Counted from the first letter of the stretch, positions 13,943 through 28,836 are shown. The stretch: DNA of 64,000 bases from Octopus vulgaris (GCA_951406725.2 OX597814.1:153574001-153638000), one strand, 5' to 3'. Numbers and translations: made by a program. Notes: a model not told the origin generated them from the letters alone.

Positions 13943-13974
<32 letters not shown>

Positions 13975-13998
13975 GTTGTTATTGTTATTAGTAGTAGC

Positions 13999-14047
<49 letters not shown>
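13868..14047. repeat. Compound (GTT)/(ATT)/(AGT)n microsatellite
   Basis: Direct reading. Confidence 0.95.
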
Positions 14048-14048
<1 letters not shown>

Positions 14049-14654
14049 GTGAGAGAGCAGTGCATGCCATCAAAGTAACACTGGGGTAAAATATACAAAG
14101 CCCAGTATACCCATCATGACTACCCGTCTGATAAGGGTAAACTAGGCTCATGCATCAAAACCATATGTGTGCGACATGGTGATCTCATATCAAGATAAAC
14201 AGCACATGACCTTGCAGGTAGGGCCCAGTTAGAATTTTCTTCTGGTCGAGCAACCCATCTTGCTCAAAAGGTCCCTGAATAAGGGTTGTTTAAGGCTGTT
14301 GAACGAAACACCCATGTTTCCAGAGGTGAGTTATTCAAACCCCAAAGAATTCCTCTCAACACATGGCTATGATGTTCACCCACTACTTCTGCTCGTGATC
14401 AGTGATGCACATATCACCAGCCACTAAGGGACATGCTCAACTGGTTAAGGTCAAACAACTGACAAGCAAATCTGTGATATTGAGCAGAATATTTGCTGTA
14501 GCCCATCTTTTATACCAAGACAAAAACATTGTACATGATAACACTTCCAATCAGTTAAGATCAGAAGCCATGAGAGCCACTGCCTGGTACTGCATCAGGT
14601 ATTATTATTATTAATTTTATTATTATTATCAAGGTGGTGAGTTGGCTGAAGTTT

Positions 14655-15830
14655 TTGGGTTACCTTGTCATGTCTGCGCTTGTACTCTTTCTATGCAAGA
14701 CTTTCACAAGCACTAACAATGAGAGTCACGCTTTTCTTTCAACCCTCTTCCCACACATTCTGAAGAGGTTTGTTGCACTTGTGTGGTATATATCCCCTTT
14801 CACTGAGTTGGTATTCAATGCCTGATCCTGGGCTGCGGTGGATAGGCTTTCAGTATTCTTTTTTAGGTCACCCTTGCTGAGTCACTTCCATGATGCTTCC
14901 TGGTCTTTTAAGTTGTTAGTTTCACAGTGGAACTAACCATGTGATTCCATGTGGAGTAGGGTTTATTCTATCTTGTTGGCGGTTTGTGATCAGAATTCAT
15001 GAGCACACTCAAGCCCATTTTTGTTAAATTTTTCTGCATTAGCAGCATACTATAGTGGGTTTTGTTTGCTGTTTACCAAATATTCTGCCATGTTTCTTCT
15101 TTTACTGTTGATGCACTCCCATGCACTAATCATCCCACATCCACCTTTCCCCTCTTCATGTAGAGCCTGTGTACATTCACCGTAGGGTGGACGGCACAAT
15201 GCATTGCCATTGTCTTTCAGGTAATGCGATTGAGTTGGTTAATTTCTGCTTGTGTCCATTTCAGGATGGGTGCACTATAGCATACTACAGCAACATCCCA
15301 TATGTTGATGGCAGTCACAAGGTACCTTGAGTTGAGTCTTGATTTCAAGAGAAGTTTGAGGCACTTCAAATATACAGTAATGACCTTGTCTTTCATTTCT
15401 CTGTGCAAGGTATTGTCTAGCTCCAGGATTCCAAGGTACTTGTACCCATCACCATTCAGGTCTTCCATTCTCTCTTCGTTGGGCAATTCTATGCCCCTAC
15501 AATCTGCTCTTTTCCCTGTTTTCAAAGTGAGCACTGCACACTTTGAGATACCAAATTCCATCCCTATATCCTTGCTGCACATCTGCATAGTCTCAACCAG
15601 CCTTTCCATTTCAGGCTCTGTTTTTGTGAACAGTTTTAAATCATCCATGAAGTGAAGGCGGTTGAGACAATGTCCATTCTTTCTCAGCTCATTGTGCATG
15701 TTGATTTTGTGTAGGGCTACAGAAAGTAGGATCAAAGCTATAACAAATAACATACCCTGGAAAATACCTCTTTTGATTGTTACCTCAGCTAAATGCTGCC
15801 TAGTTGGAAAACACTTTTTTTCTGTAACAA
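14655..15830 (-). mobile_element. R4/Dong-like (RLE-type) non-LTR retrotransposon fragment, RT to zinc-knuckle region
   Basis: RGIFQG, LFVIALILLS, HFMDDLKLF, DIGMEFGISKCA, YKYLGILE. Downstream IVSACESLA.KEYKRRHDKV (~14660-14720). Confidence 0.85.
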
Positions 15831-15877
15831 CCAGCCTCCTAGTGATGGAGTTTGGACATCACAAAATGAATCTGCTC

Positions 15878-16311
15878 ATTATTATTATTATTATTATTAT
15901 TTTCTTTTTCTTCTTTCTTCAAATTTTCTTCCATTTCTTGCTGAGTGTTTTCCTTACACCTAGGGCAGAGAAGCTCATTGTATGTATTCCCAGATTACAC
16001 ACGCAAATTCACAGGTAAAATATGTATTTAAAAAAATTAATAAATAAACAAATTCATGAATGGATGTTGTTTTCACAGCGATAATACTCTTCTCAGTACA
16101 CGAGTCATTCCGGTTAACATGATTTTTTGCACTTCCTGTAGGGATAGTAAGCCTGGTATCATTTTCAAATAGGTTTCAGTATCTTTTTTTATCATTCTTA
16201 GAGATCCTACAATCACGGGTACTGTAGTCACCTTGAGATGCTACATTTTCTCAATTTCTATTAGCAAGTCTTTATATTTGCTGATCTTGTCAAATTCTTT
16301 TGCCACTATAT
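15878..16311 (-). mobile_element. 3' end of an R4/Dong-like element ending in (TAA)n
   Basis: Minus strand reads KEFDKISKYKDLLIEIEKM.HLKVTTVPVIVGSL..IPGLLSLQEVQKI (RLE C-terminus), followed by the 3' UTR and a TAA run. Confidence 0.8.
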
Positions 16312-16350
16312 TTTGATCACAAGGAATACTCATGTCAATTAATAAACACA

Positions 16351-16515
<165 letters not shown>

Positions 16516-17614
16516 TTGATGTGTATTTCTTTTATTGCAACTTGAGCTGCAATCCACTTGTTCTTGTATATGATGATAATAGATTAAACTGAACACTTAA
16601 CATAAACATTTTATATCCTTGGATTTATACACTACACACAACATTCTCAGCACTCAGCAATGATTTAGAAAGCAATGAGCTTTTGCTTTAGTTCATTTCT
16701 TTTCTTTATCCTAGGTTACTTTCTCAAGAGCACAAGTGCAATAAACCAATAAGAGAACCATTATGTCATTGCTCAACTTGTTAAAGATCACATCCAAATT
16801 TCTCTTCATCAATATCTTGCTCTTTGATTTTTTAAAAATAGAACACATTAGGTGGAATGATCATGGCTTGAATAACTTTGATAATAGTTGTTTGATCAGA
16901 CACAACACAGAGCAAAACAGCAACAACAACATTTTGTGGACTTGTTCATTAAATTCATTAAGTACATTAAAAGGCCATATCCATCAAATGTTCTATATCT
17001 TAAGCAACAACTTGTGTCAATCAATTTTCAAAATTCTTTATGAATTATACTTTACTGAATGCATTGTCATTCCTTTCTAGCCTCCCAGCACTTGATTCTC
17101 CTCTTTTTATATTGTTTCTAGTCTTCATATGTCATCAGATCTCAGAAAAAAGGACTCATCTTATTTTCTACACCATCAGACCTCTGAATATGGCATATCA
17201 AATGTTATTACTCGATATTAAACTGATATATCTATTTGAAAATATCATTATATCAAGTACCTATAGCCCCAATATTTTAGTTGAGTTACTAGATTGTTAT
17301 AACTATTATAGTTCAAATAAACAATAGAGTCCAGGCTTCATATAAGTAAGACTTGAGAAGCCTTTAATGACATATGACTTAAGAATTTAAACCTCTCTCT
17401 CTGATACCTTTATTATCTTTCTGTCAGTTTTAATTTGTAATAATTACCTCTCTGAGATGCTTCACTATGTCTTTAAAGTTTAAAGTTGATATAGTACCAA
17501 CATACTAGCAGTTGGAAATATACTTCATCCTGAATAACACAAATGTTTAATTTGGTAACAATTACTGAATTAATCAATTAGATTATTACCTAAAGTTTCT
17601 GAAATATTGTTTAT

Positions 17615-18849
<1,235 letters not shown>

Positions 18850-18884
18850 CATCATTCTACAGCATTTTTTTTACAAAACTGTTG

Positions 18885-19015
18885 ACTGAGACTGGAAAGA
18901 AATGATTGGACATAGCGTTTTGGACACTGATGATTTGGTGCAACTGACTGGACAGTCAACCAGTTTTGGTGATAATACTTCTTGGCACTGGAGGCAAATG
19001 CACACACATATATAT
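18885..19015 (+). repeat. Unclassified interspersed repeat ending ttggcactggaggca-(CA)n; second copy at ~44605-44710
   Basis: The two loci share tttgga, gactggaca, gttttgg and tact..ttggcactggaggca segments. Confidence 0.6.
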
Positions 19016-19065
19016 GCTTGCACAGAAATATATAAATACAGTGATACACACACACACACACACAC

Positions 19066-19096
<31 letters not shown>

Positions 19097-19138
19097 TGTA
19101 TGTATGTATGTATGTATGTATGTATGTATGTATGTATG

Positions 19139-19177
<39 letters not shown>

Positions 19178-19527
19178 ATGTATGTATGTATGTATGTATG
19201 TATATGTATGTATATATGTATATATATATACATATAATAAGTTTAAAGGGATGTATTATCTGAGTGCTTCTGTGTTTTGCTTCACTACCGCATTTAGTAG
19301 AGGTGAACCCTAGGTCAAGATTCCCACTACTTTTAATAATAGCACCCATACCTCCTAAAAAAACACGTTATTCATTCAGTTTGCTGATTCCTTCAGTTTT
19401 ACTTTGAATTGGCAGCGATTAAGGACCCTGAGGAAATTGCCCCAACCATGACACCAAGTTCAATATCCAACAGTGTGCAGGAAATAACTGTTAAATAAAA
19501 TTATGGATGTAAAATATCTTTTATCTC

Positions 19528-19567
19528 CTTTCTGTTGAAGAGTGCAGGCTCGAAACAAACATAAAAG
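19528..19567 (+). ncRNA. Degenerate minimal hammerhead-like motif in a short PLE-type remnant (~19490-19660)
   Basis: CTTT-CTGTTGA-A-GAGT(GCAG)GCTC-GAA-AC[aaac]AT-A-AAAG. Same family as 45042-45077. A 4-nt duplication breaks stem III. Confidence 0.5.
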
Positions 19568-21422
19568 ACTTTCTCACCTTCCCAAGCGTTAAACTAAAAC
19601 ACCTGTTTGTTGTTTATACACCTATCTTCATCTTTTGTTTTTCTGTAAATGTCCACCATATATATAGAGAGGGAGAGAGGGAGAGAGAAAGAATAAGAAA
19701 TGTCAAATCACTGACATCAAATTTTTTAATGCCAAAACGTTTTATATACAAACTGAACCTTAGATCACAGGAGTTATCTTTATGTGATCAATTTAAAACA
19801 GGAATAAATATATATATATGTGTACTTATACATGTTATCTGGTGCAAGAAGACGTTTGAGCAAAAGAAGAAACTCAAAACTTCTGTTTTGTTGAAATTAG
19901 TCTTGATCAAACAGATCTATGATCAAAGGCTTTCCAGTATTGACTACCCCTTCTTATTTACAGGAATAGTCTACATAGAATTACATTATTCAGTTTTTCC
20001 TTCCTCTTTATATATACTGAAAGGATGTGAGTTGAGGAAGATTTAACTACAATTTGTAGCATGTTAATGATTGCCTGCTGGCTTCTCATTGAATTTTAAG
20101 GATCATTTCCTAAGTATGTGTTACAATGGTATCTGATTCCAAAATTAAACTATTACAAATCTATTGATTTGTCTATCATTTTCCTTACTACCTCTAGTCT
20201 TTTCTTGTAATAGCCAGTCTTTTTTAAATTGATTTTGCATTTAGTCCCACTCTGTCCCTGTATTTATAATCTGTCCTACATTTAGGAGATCTTTTTAAGT
20301 CTTATTCCAGAGGTTTTGGTTTTATAATTTATGATAATTAGGGACCACACTGATGGACGCCAAGCCATGCATATAACTTATCTTTCCTCACTAACAAGGA
20401 GCTCAAAATATCGCAAAACTAGAATGAAGGAGAGAAGGCAGTTTCAGTACTAGATTTAGAGTCCACACAATTTGAAGTTGAGTGGCTATGAGTAAAAATG
20501 TCTTGCTTGCATGTGAAACCAATAGTCACAGTGAAAGTATTATTAATGATAATGGAAATAGCTAAAAAACAACAAAGGATGTAGACTTTGATAAAATTTA
20601 ATTAGGAAGTATGTATACTGAAGTAACAATATTTTTCTTTATGATAAAAGGCAGTAATTTAAAACAAATTATTGTGTGGTACACATAATCAACATTTTAG
20701 TATCAAAAAAATATAAAGTACAGGTTGGTGGGGGGTTGTGCTATGGTTTTGGGTGACATTACATTTTTGCTATTGAAGAAGGCTTAAAGTGTCAATAATT
20801 GATTGATTACATATACATACACTGTACTTCATACTAGCCTCATGATAGTAATTCATATATCTCTTAAATCTATTTCAATTCATCTATATAGCAGCTTATC
20901 AAATTCTAATATAATGTACTTTATTTATGTATTATTCATCAAAGTAACTACTTTTAAATCACAGGATGATTTCTTTATAGTTTGATCTTCAAAGTGCACA
21001 TTGTGAACAGCTCTTAGGACTGCTTCTGATGTTCTCTAAACAAGAGAGTATCAAAAATTCTAAAGCTTAACACTTTCAAGACAGCTAGGACACCTATGTC
21101 CCATGAGTCTAACCTAAAAACCTATAAGGAAATATATCTCTCAAAAAGTCATTATATTAATTCAAATTCAGCTTTTATATCTTGTACAACTATGGCATCA
21201 TCTTTTTGCAAGTGCTGACAACAAAGGTAGCCGGAAGCTATTGTTCTAATTTTGTTCAAGGAGTGTCATGTTAACAATTGCTTTATTTAGTTCATTCAAA
21301 TAGCTTCATCAGAGCCCTGAGGCTCCAATGAAGAGTGTTATTCAGGTACTCAACTATGAGTACACTGCATCTTATATATATGTGACCTCGTCTTCCCTTC
21401 TCTGGATCTTTCCTTCTCCTAT

Positions 21423-21457
21423 GTTTCCGACGAAGAGCTCCGCTCGAAACGTTAAAC
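21423..21457 (+). ncRNA. Minimal type I hammerhead ribozyme fold (U4C core variant) in a ~170-bp TA-flanked element (~21380-21550)
   Basis: GTTT-CCGACGA-A-GAGC(TCC)GCTC-GAA-ACGT-T-AAAC. Stem I GTTT/AAAC, stem II GAGC/GCTC, palindromic stem III ACGT. Confidence 0.7.
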
Positions 21458-22023
21458 CCTCCTTCTTTCCTGAGCGTCCAATAATACTATATTTGTTCCA
21501 TGTCCTCGCGTTGTTGTGTTTTTTTGTGCTTTCTTGTTTGGATTAACTATATATGTATATATATTATCTGAAATATACAGTATTACATATCTATCGTGGC
21601 TGATCTTACCTATCGGTTTCATGCAAGAAATACAACGGAGTGTTAGGTAACAATCCAATTATATAACCTTATGCTCATCAGAGTTAGCCGATATGGAAGG
21701 GAATATGGCGACTGCTCTCTGTTGTCTGAGGTGGACTAACACATCAAGTTTGTGGCTGCTGTAAAATAGGTGGCAAAACGATAAAAAGTCAGGGGATTAG
21801 ATTAGGAGTTATGTTCCTTGGTTGGGTACACTGTAAGGTTGATAAGAGTTACCTTGAAGTGTTTGTGGAGAAAGTGTATGTTATTAAGTATGGTGCTCCT
21901 ATGGGGATGGGGGTGTGTGATATATGTAGTGGTGTCATATGCATAATTTTTTCCAGGAGTGTAGGCATACACACACACACACATGTATAAAGCAAAGTTA
22001 TTTCATTCCACACAGGTAGAAAC

Positions 22024-22556
22024 AGATAGTTTATTTTTAAAGGCTTAACCAGTTTCACAGATTTTTTGATTTTCAAAAGTTAAGTGAGATAAAAAAAATG
22101 TGGAGCTATGTTGGCATAACCCCACATCATTCTATCTCACTAAATGTTTGAAAATCAGAAAAACTGTGAAACCAGTTCAGTGTTTCTCAACCATTTTTTA
22201 GCTATGGACCCCTTTGATTCCTATTTTACTTTATCCTAATAAATACTTGATGTTTAAAAAAAAAATCTCTCATATTTTTACAATGAAATATTATTAGCAA
22301 TTGTCTGCTCTGGCTTACCAGCTCCAGTCAAACCATTTAACTCGTGCCAGCATGGAAAGCGGATGTTACATGATGATGATGATGATGACGATGATTAAGA
22401 ATTGTATAATAAAAGCTGTTAAAATATTGTGCACATTGTAGAAGTATAACCAATTTATAGCACATAAATTTTAACAGCAAAATCTTGTGGACCCCCAAGG
22501 ACCATGAGGACCCCAGTGGAGAACTACTGGATTAAGTCTTTAAAAATAAGCCATCT
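22024..22556. mobile_element. Palindromic MITE interrupted by an hAT-like MITE (22178-22529), which itself contains an RTE tail (~22305-22395)
   Basis: Outer arms are reverse complements around ~22112. Inner termini cagtgtttctc / gagaactactg resemble Charlie-type TIRs. No clear TSD. Confidence 0.7.
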
Positions 22557-22627
22557 AAACTAACTACCAATGTATTTTCAACGTTGTGTCTTTGTCTGTC
22601 TGCCTGCCTGCCTGCATGCATGCATGA

Positions 22628-22658
<31 letters not shown>

Positions 22659-22840
22659 CTTTTTATGGTATTTCAATGCAATAGTAACTCTGGGACAGCA
22701 CTGCCCTAGCAAGTATGTCCCATCATATACTTTCATGATTACTGAAAATACAGATGAGTTTTATATAAAAGTAGCTTTTAGGTGCAAATCAAACCCATCC
22801 AACCATGAAAACAATAAGAAAAAATATAGTGTATTTTACA

Positions 22841-23024
22841 TTAAACATTTTAGCATTCAAACTGGATAGATCTGACTTCTCATACCTACCCTACAATATC
22901 ATTCTAAAAATTAACAATAACAGCATTGAAATCTCAAAGCTATGAGATAATGCACGATTAATTCAAAACAATGTGAATACATAGGCATTACATTTGACAG
23001 AGTAACCTGAATGCTAAAGCGTTA
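22841..23024. mobile_element. piggyBac-type MITE (TTAA ends, ...tttagcattc / gaatgctaaag...); other copies at ~26068-26292 and 45553-45954
   Basis: Terminal inverted repeats bounded by TTAA; interior shared between the three copies. Confidence 0.75.
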
Positions 23025-25802
23025 AAAATAATTTCATGAATGTAGATCTGAAAGGGAAATTTTGAAGAAGTTGTCTCATTGATTTATGTTAAGATTTTCG
23101 ACCATTTCTAGTGTCCTAGAGTAAGATCTGAGGTTGGGTTGGGTTGGCTGCCATTTCCAAAGATTTGAGTCACTGGACATACTTCTTTGTTAGCTTGTAT
23201 GTTTTCATGTCTTTGATATTTTGGTAGTGTAAATAACACATATTTTGGACATTTTTTAGTGAAAAATTTGAAAAATATAGAAAGAATTCTCATAAAAAGT
23301 AGATACAATTTCAAATATAAACTTGATAATTACAAATTCAAATTCTGTACATATAAATGAAGCAATTAGAAACCCTCCTTCTGATAGTTCATTAAATTTT
23401 GTTCCAAATATCCTTCTCTGTGACCACCTTTCCCTCAGGTGAACCATGAAGGTTTTTTCTGCAGAGTCCACTGGTTCCAATGTTCATATGCATAGGTAGG
23501 CAAGGCCTGATTAACCTATAAACAGGACTCTGACAGATGCTACTACTTCAGGTCAGAGTAGACCGGAGAACTAAAGGGACTAGAAGGTGGTTCCACACTC
23601 ATCAAAAACTTGAAACTCCCAAATCAGGTCCCCACTATTATGTGGAATTTAAAGTCGTACTCAGAACAATGCATTGTAGAGTGCAGAGAGCAAGATGAGG
23701 CAAATAAGACACCTTGGTCTTCCACTGCATCCATCTCCATCCCAAATCATCTGGATCTGGTCTTTCCAATAGACTGATGATGGTCTCAGATGAGAAAGTG
23801 AAGTCGATGGTGTTCAACACTACTTCACTTTAAACCATCTAGATGGTTGTCATCACTTTGATAAACAAACATGCACATCCTTCAACATCAACAAATATGA
23901 TAAATGGCAGTAGACAATCTAATGAGTACTTCAACAGATTGAGTTCAGTGATTGAATACAACAGTTTCAAAATTTTTGGACTATTTTCTTTGGTACTGGA
24001 TACACACTAGCTGTAATCTAAGCCCAATAATGCTGTTTTAAAGATAGGAAAAATGCTTTGTAATGAAATTTACAAGCAAATTCAAGAGTTTGGACAGGTT
24101 TGCATGCTATGGGATGAGGAAGAGGACGCTCACTTCTTATGAATGACTCACATAGGAAAGATATATTTGAACTGAGCTGTAAAATGTATTTCTTCTCTGA
24201 AGAAGTAGCTGTCCAGAAACATCAGATTCCTCTTCTGCACACCATAAAATCTTATCTAAACTCATTGACTTCACTGTATAACTTTTACTAACATAGACCC
24301 ATTAATTTCCTTGGACTCTGTTTTTTTAAGGTAACAATGGCTGTTTCATAAGTGGAATAATTTACTAGTAACACACATGCACACACACACACACACAGAT
24401 TTATATAAAAGCGTTGAAATGGTGGTGTTTTCCCAAAAAGAACAAGGCAATCTAACTTACATCCTTCAAACCCAATTGATTAGTGGAACAATGGAGTTTG
24501 TAAACATTCCAAAAATTGTTAATTTGAATTTCTTATGATGAGCATATGCACACAATCATGTGTTTATATGACATACACACATATAAAGAATATTGGGTGC
24601 ATGTGTACACAGATGTATGAGAGAGACATGTCAAGTATATCTACACATACACCAAGTCACTTATATATTCAAAACTTTCTGTAATTGTCTTTACTCATAC
24701 AAGAAAGCCTTAACTGTTTTTTAGTGATTAGATTGAATTCTGCAAAGAAAAACTGATATAAATCTCAAAGAAATACATATATACACGCATAAATACTTAT
24801 ATATATATACATATATACATACACTCACATGCACGAGACCTTGTAATGAATGATAAAGTAAAATTGACAATTTTCATACAAGTATCCATATCACCATGCT
24901 ATGAGTCAGCTGAAGGATGAGAAAGCTGTGATTGTGCTGAGAGAGGCTGAAGTGAGTTTTAGAGGTGTATTAGATACACAGATAGGAGTGTCATTGAGAG
25001 AATGAGAGAGAAAGAGAAGCAATAAGCAGTAAACCTGCAGAATGCTCATAAGACAAGCTCTCAGGTAAGCAGACAGAGAAATATATAGAGGACTGAATAA
25101 AAGCATGAGAGAGGATAAGATAATATGAATAATAAAATAAACAGGGAGAGAAAAGATGGAAAGAAAGATAAGGATCCACAATAAAAAAAGAGGCATCAGA
25201 GAGGGATCATGATAAAATTTCAGTGAGCAAATGAAAGAGATAGACGTTTGTTTATAATATCAGAATGCATGGAGGAGGTGAGGTGAAAAATGTGGGAAGT
25301 GAAGAAATAGATTTAAGAAATAGAAGCAAGGCTCAAAACAAAAAGGACAACAAGGAGATATATTGAAACATAAGAAGTAGAGGATTAAGTTTAGAAGTAG
25401 AAAGGTAAAGATTTACTGAAAAGAGATAGAAATTAAACTTATAATTTTCGACAGCTACTATGCTAGGAATATATATTTTGGTAACAGAATTATCTTCATC
25501 CTTTTCCACTCCCTCTGACACCAAATTTCAACCAAAGTTACTGTCATCTCTAATATTTATAAAACAGCAATGACAAAGACTAATAACACTTGCAGTAAGA
25601 ATTTTATCATGATATCAAACAATATGGTTTTGAATCCTCTATCACATTCCTTTAATAATTTTCTCTGAAATGCAAACAAACAGAGCAAACTATCCCTGTT
25701 TCATCACTTCATAATTTGTATACCTTTCTGTGTAAAAGTATTTGTTGAAGACAAATTTATTTTACCAAGAGTTAAAATTAGATGCATGACATTTCAATTT
25801 GT

Positions 25803-25834
<32 letters not shown>

Positions 25835-25835
<1 letters not shown>

Positions 25836-26012
25836 GTGACCTCGTGTGTACCGTTGGCGATTTTTTTCCTCTGTCTTCCCTTCTCGGGATCTTTCCTTCT
25901 CCTAAACGTTAAACCCTCCTTCTTCCCTTCTTTCCTGAGCATCCAATAATACTATATTTGTTCCACGTCCTCGCGTTGTTGTGTTTTTTGTGTTTTCTTG
26001 TTTGGATTAACT
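25835..26012 (+). mobile_element. Second copy of the 21380-21550 element, lacking the hammerhead core
   Basis: Near-identical body between (TA)n runs; about 26 nt (atgtttccgacgaagagctccgctcg) are missing. Confidence 0.85.
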
Positions 26013-27818
26013 ATATATATATATATATATACATACACATAAATTTTCTCTGGGACATAGAGCCTTATCCCTTTAGCATTCAGATTACTTTATCAAATGT
26101 AATGCTTATTTTTTATATTGTTTTGAATTAAACTAGCTTTATCATATAGCTTCAAGATTTTAATAATGTGATTTGTTTATTTTTAGAATGACATTATAGG
26201 GTAGGTATAAGAATCCAAGTCTGACTGGTTTGATCATAAAACAAGTAGAATATTTGGGCTGAATATAGCTGGTTTAAATGCTAAAGGGGTGAAGGGTGAA
26301 TCAGAAAAATGGAAAATATCTCCCTCCTCATATAATTCAATCTTTAGATTATTATACAATGCTTTTGGGAATATATACTTTTTTAATTGGAAAAGTGTCA
26401 ATGTTTTTCAATTGATTTTAACTATATTTAAGATACTGATATGTTCAGAGAAAATATCTGTGGCTTTATTATGCTAGCGTTGACCAACTAAAACCTCACA
26501 ATGTAATTCCTGTCGCAATGAGTTTTGATTGAAATTTTAATTTAAATATGTACAATTTCCTATGTTCTCAGGTGGGTTAGTAGTGAAAGGGTTAAACAAT
26601 AAGTTGAAAAAATCTCATATTAATCAAATACAAAATATTTCTAAAATTAATACATTTTGCTATCTGTCAATATTTTTGTAGGGAATTTTTTAAGACATCA
26701 TAGCATAATTGAAGAAGGAATTAATGAAATATTTGTAAAATAAATTTTATCAATTTTATGAACTGTTATTTTGCTAGTTTTTTTTTAGAACTGTAGTTAT
26801 TGCTTTTTTTCTTCTCTAAAGAAGATACCTGTTGGAATAAGATATGAAAATTAATGAGATATTTGAATAATAAAAAAAAAGGAACCTAAATTGTTTGACC
26901 AAATATTTAATGATTATATCTTGCAGGTGCAGGCATGGCTAGTGGTTACAAAGTTTGTTTTGCAATCACGAGCTCCTGTGGTTCATTTACCCCCATCTTG
27001 AAGTTGACCTAAACCTTGTAAATGACACTGGGTTGGCAGAAATTTGAAAGCCTGTCAGATAGTGCAGCCTTGTCACATTTTCTGTTATGTGTTTTGTCAC
27101 ACAGATTCGGCCTGAAAATTTCATCAAGGCTGTGCATGTCTCAAGAACATTCAGTTACTTCCAGATCAATCAAACAAGTTGATTGAATACTGATTGAAAC
27201 TGATGGAAGATCTGTTAAATCATTATATATTGCCAACTTTGTATAGTGTTGAGTGTGAAAAAAGTTATATTTCAACATTTCTTTGTTGTTCCACTCAAAA
27301 TTGTGATAGTTAGATTAAAGAATGTTAGAATATAGTTTAGAGAGCATATTTAAGTAATGTATGACTTAGACTTGTTTTATTTATTATTTTTGTTTATGTG
27401 TGTGTGTGTGTGTGTGTGTATAAGGGTAATTGATTACATATAGTTGTACTTCATATCACATAAACAAGTGGGAGATTCTAGATAAACCCAAAATTCTTTA
27501 CAGAACAATAAATTCATTTACCTTTCAGAAATTTTGTCTTTTGTAAATTATTGTTAAAGTATCTAATATAGTGCTTCATTGTAAAACTGTTCAACAATTT
27601 GAAGGTGATTGGCCAATTCATTGGCTCTGTATTTTAATACCACAAAGATAAATTGTATTAAAGTAAAAATGAAAAAGGGCCCTTGCTCATAATATTAGAA
27701 CTTACTTATTTGCATGGCACAAAAGTTTCCATTTACAAATGTTACTAAATCAAGTATAGCACATAAATGTGAAACAAGGCGGAAAAGAGAGTACTCAAAT
27801 ACCAGAGGTAGAGTAAGA

Positions 27819-27967
27819 TGCTTTATTTAAAAGCAGCAGAAATATAACAAAAGCTGTTACTCAGAGTCTCACGTTCCCGTTCATCGGACAAAACTGTCCG
27901 ACGAACAGGAACATGAAACTCTGAGTAGCAGCTTTTGTTATATTTCTGCTGCTTTTAGATAAAGCAT
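27819..27967. mobile_element. Palindromic PLE-type remnant with two outward-facing hammerhead folds
   Basis: ~70-bp arms around an ~4-nt spacer at ~27891. Plus 27894-27931: CTGT-CCGACGA-ACA(GGAA)CAT-GAA-ACTC(T)GAGT-A-GCAG. Minus 27890-27854: TGT-CCGATGA-ACG(GGAA)CGT-GAG-ACTC(T)GAGT-A-ACA. Confidence 0.75.
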
Positions 27968-27984
27968 ATATATATATATACTCT

Positions 27985-28400
27985 CTCTCTTTTTACTCTT
28001 TTACTTGTTTCAGGCATTTGACTGTGGCCATGCTGGAGCACCGCCTTTAGCTGAGCAAATCAACCCCAAGACTTATTCTTTGCAAGCCTAGTACTTATTC
28101 TATCAGTCTCTTTTGCCAAACCGCTAAGTTACAGGGATGTAAACACACCAGCATCGATTGTCAAGTGATGTTGGGGGGACAAACACAAACACACAAACAT
28201 ATACACACACATATACACATATATATATACATATATACGACGGGCTTCTTTCAGTTTCCGTCTACCAAATTCACTCACAAGGCTTTGGTCGACCTGAGGC
28301 TATAGTAGAAGACACTTGCTTAAGGTTCCACGCAGTGGGTCTGAACCTGGGACCATGTAGTTCGTAAGCAAGCTACTTACCACACAGCCACTCCTATGCC
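27985..28400 (-). mobile_element. Full-length family-A SINE
   Basis: tRNA-like head (ggttcagaccc), CORE-like cttaagcaagtgtcttctactatagcc, central microsatellite, tail ending gtaaaagagtaaaaaga. Confidence 0.85.
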
Positions 28401-28421
28401 TATATATATATATATATATAT

Positions 28422-28462
<41 letters not shown>

Positions 28463-28734
28463 ATAGATAGATAGATGGGTAGGTATATGTATTTTTGTAT
28501 GTATGTATCAGTGTGTATGTGTTTGTGTCTCATTATCTTGACATTGTGTAGTTGTTGCAAATGAGTGTCATTTATTTCCAATACTCTGCAAAAGTTTGTC
28601 TGACCATGAGGAAGTATTATCAAGTCTAGAAACAAGTGAAGGTTGGCGACAAGAAAGTCATCTAACATTAGAATATCTACGTCAATAAACTCCACCTGAC
28701 CCATGCAAGCATGAAAAAGTGGATTTTTAAAAAA

Positions 28735-28775
28735 TGGTGATGGTGTTGATGATGACGACGACGATGATGATAATA

Positions 28776-28810
<35 letters not shown>

Positions 28811-28836
28811 AATGATGATGATGATGATGATGATGT

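Noticed and set aside
23108-23480. Overlapping minus-strand ORFs as a host exon
   Set aside because: No recognisable motif or convincing splice pair; length is compatible with chance.
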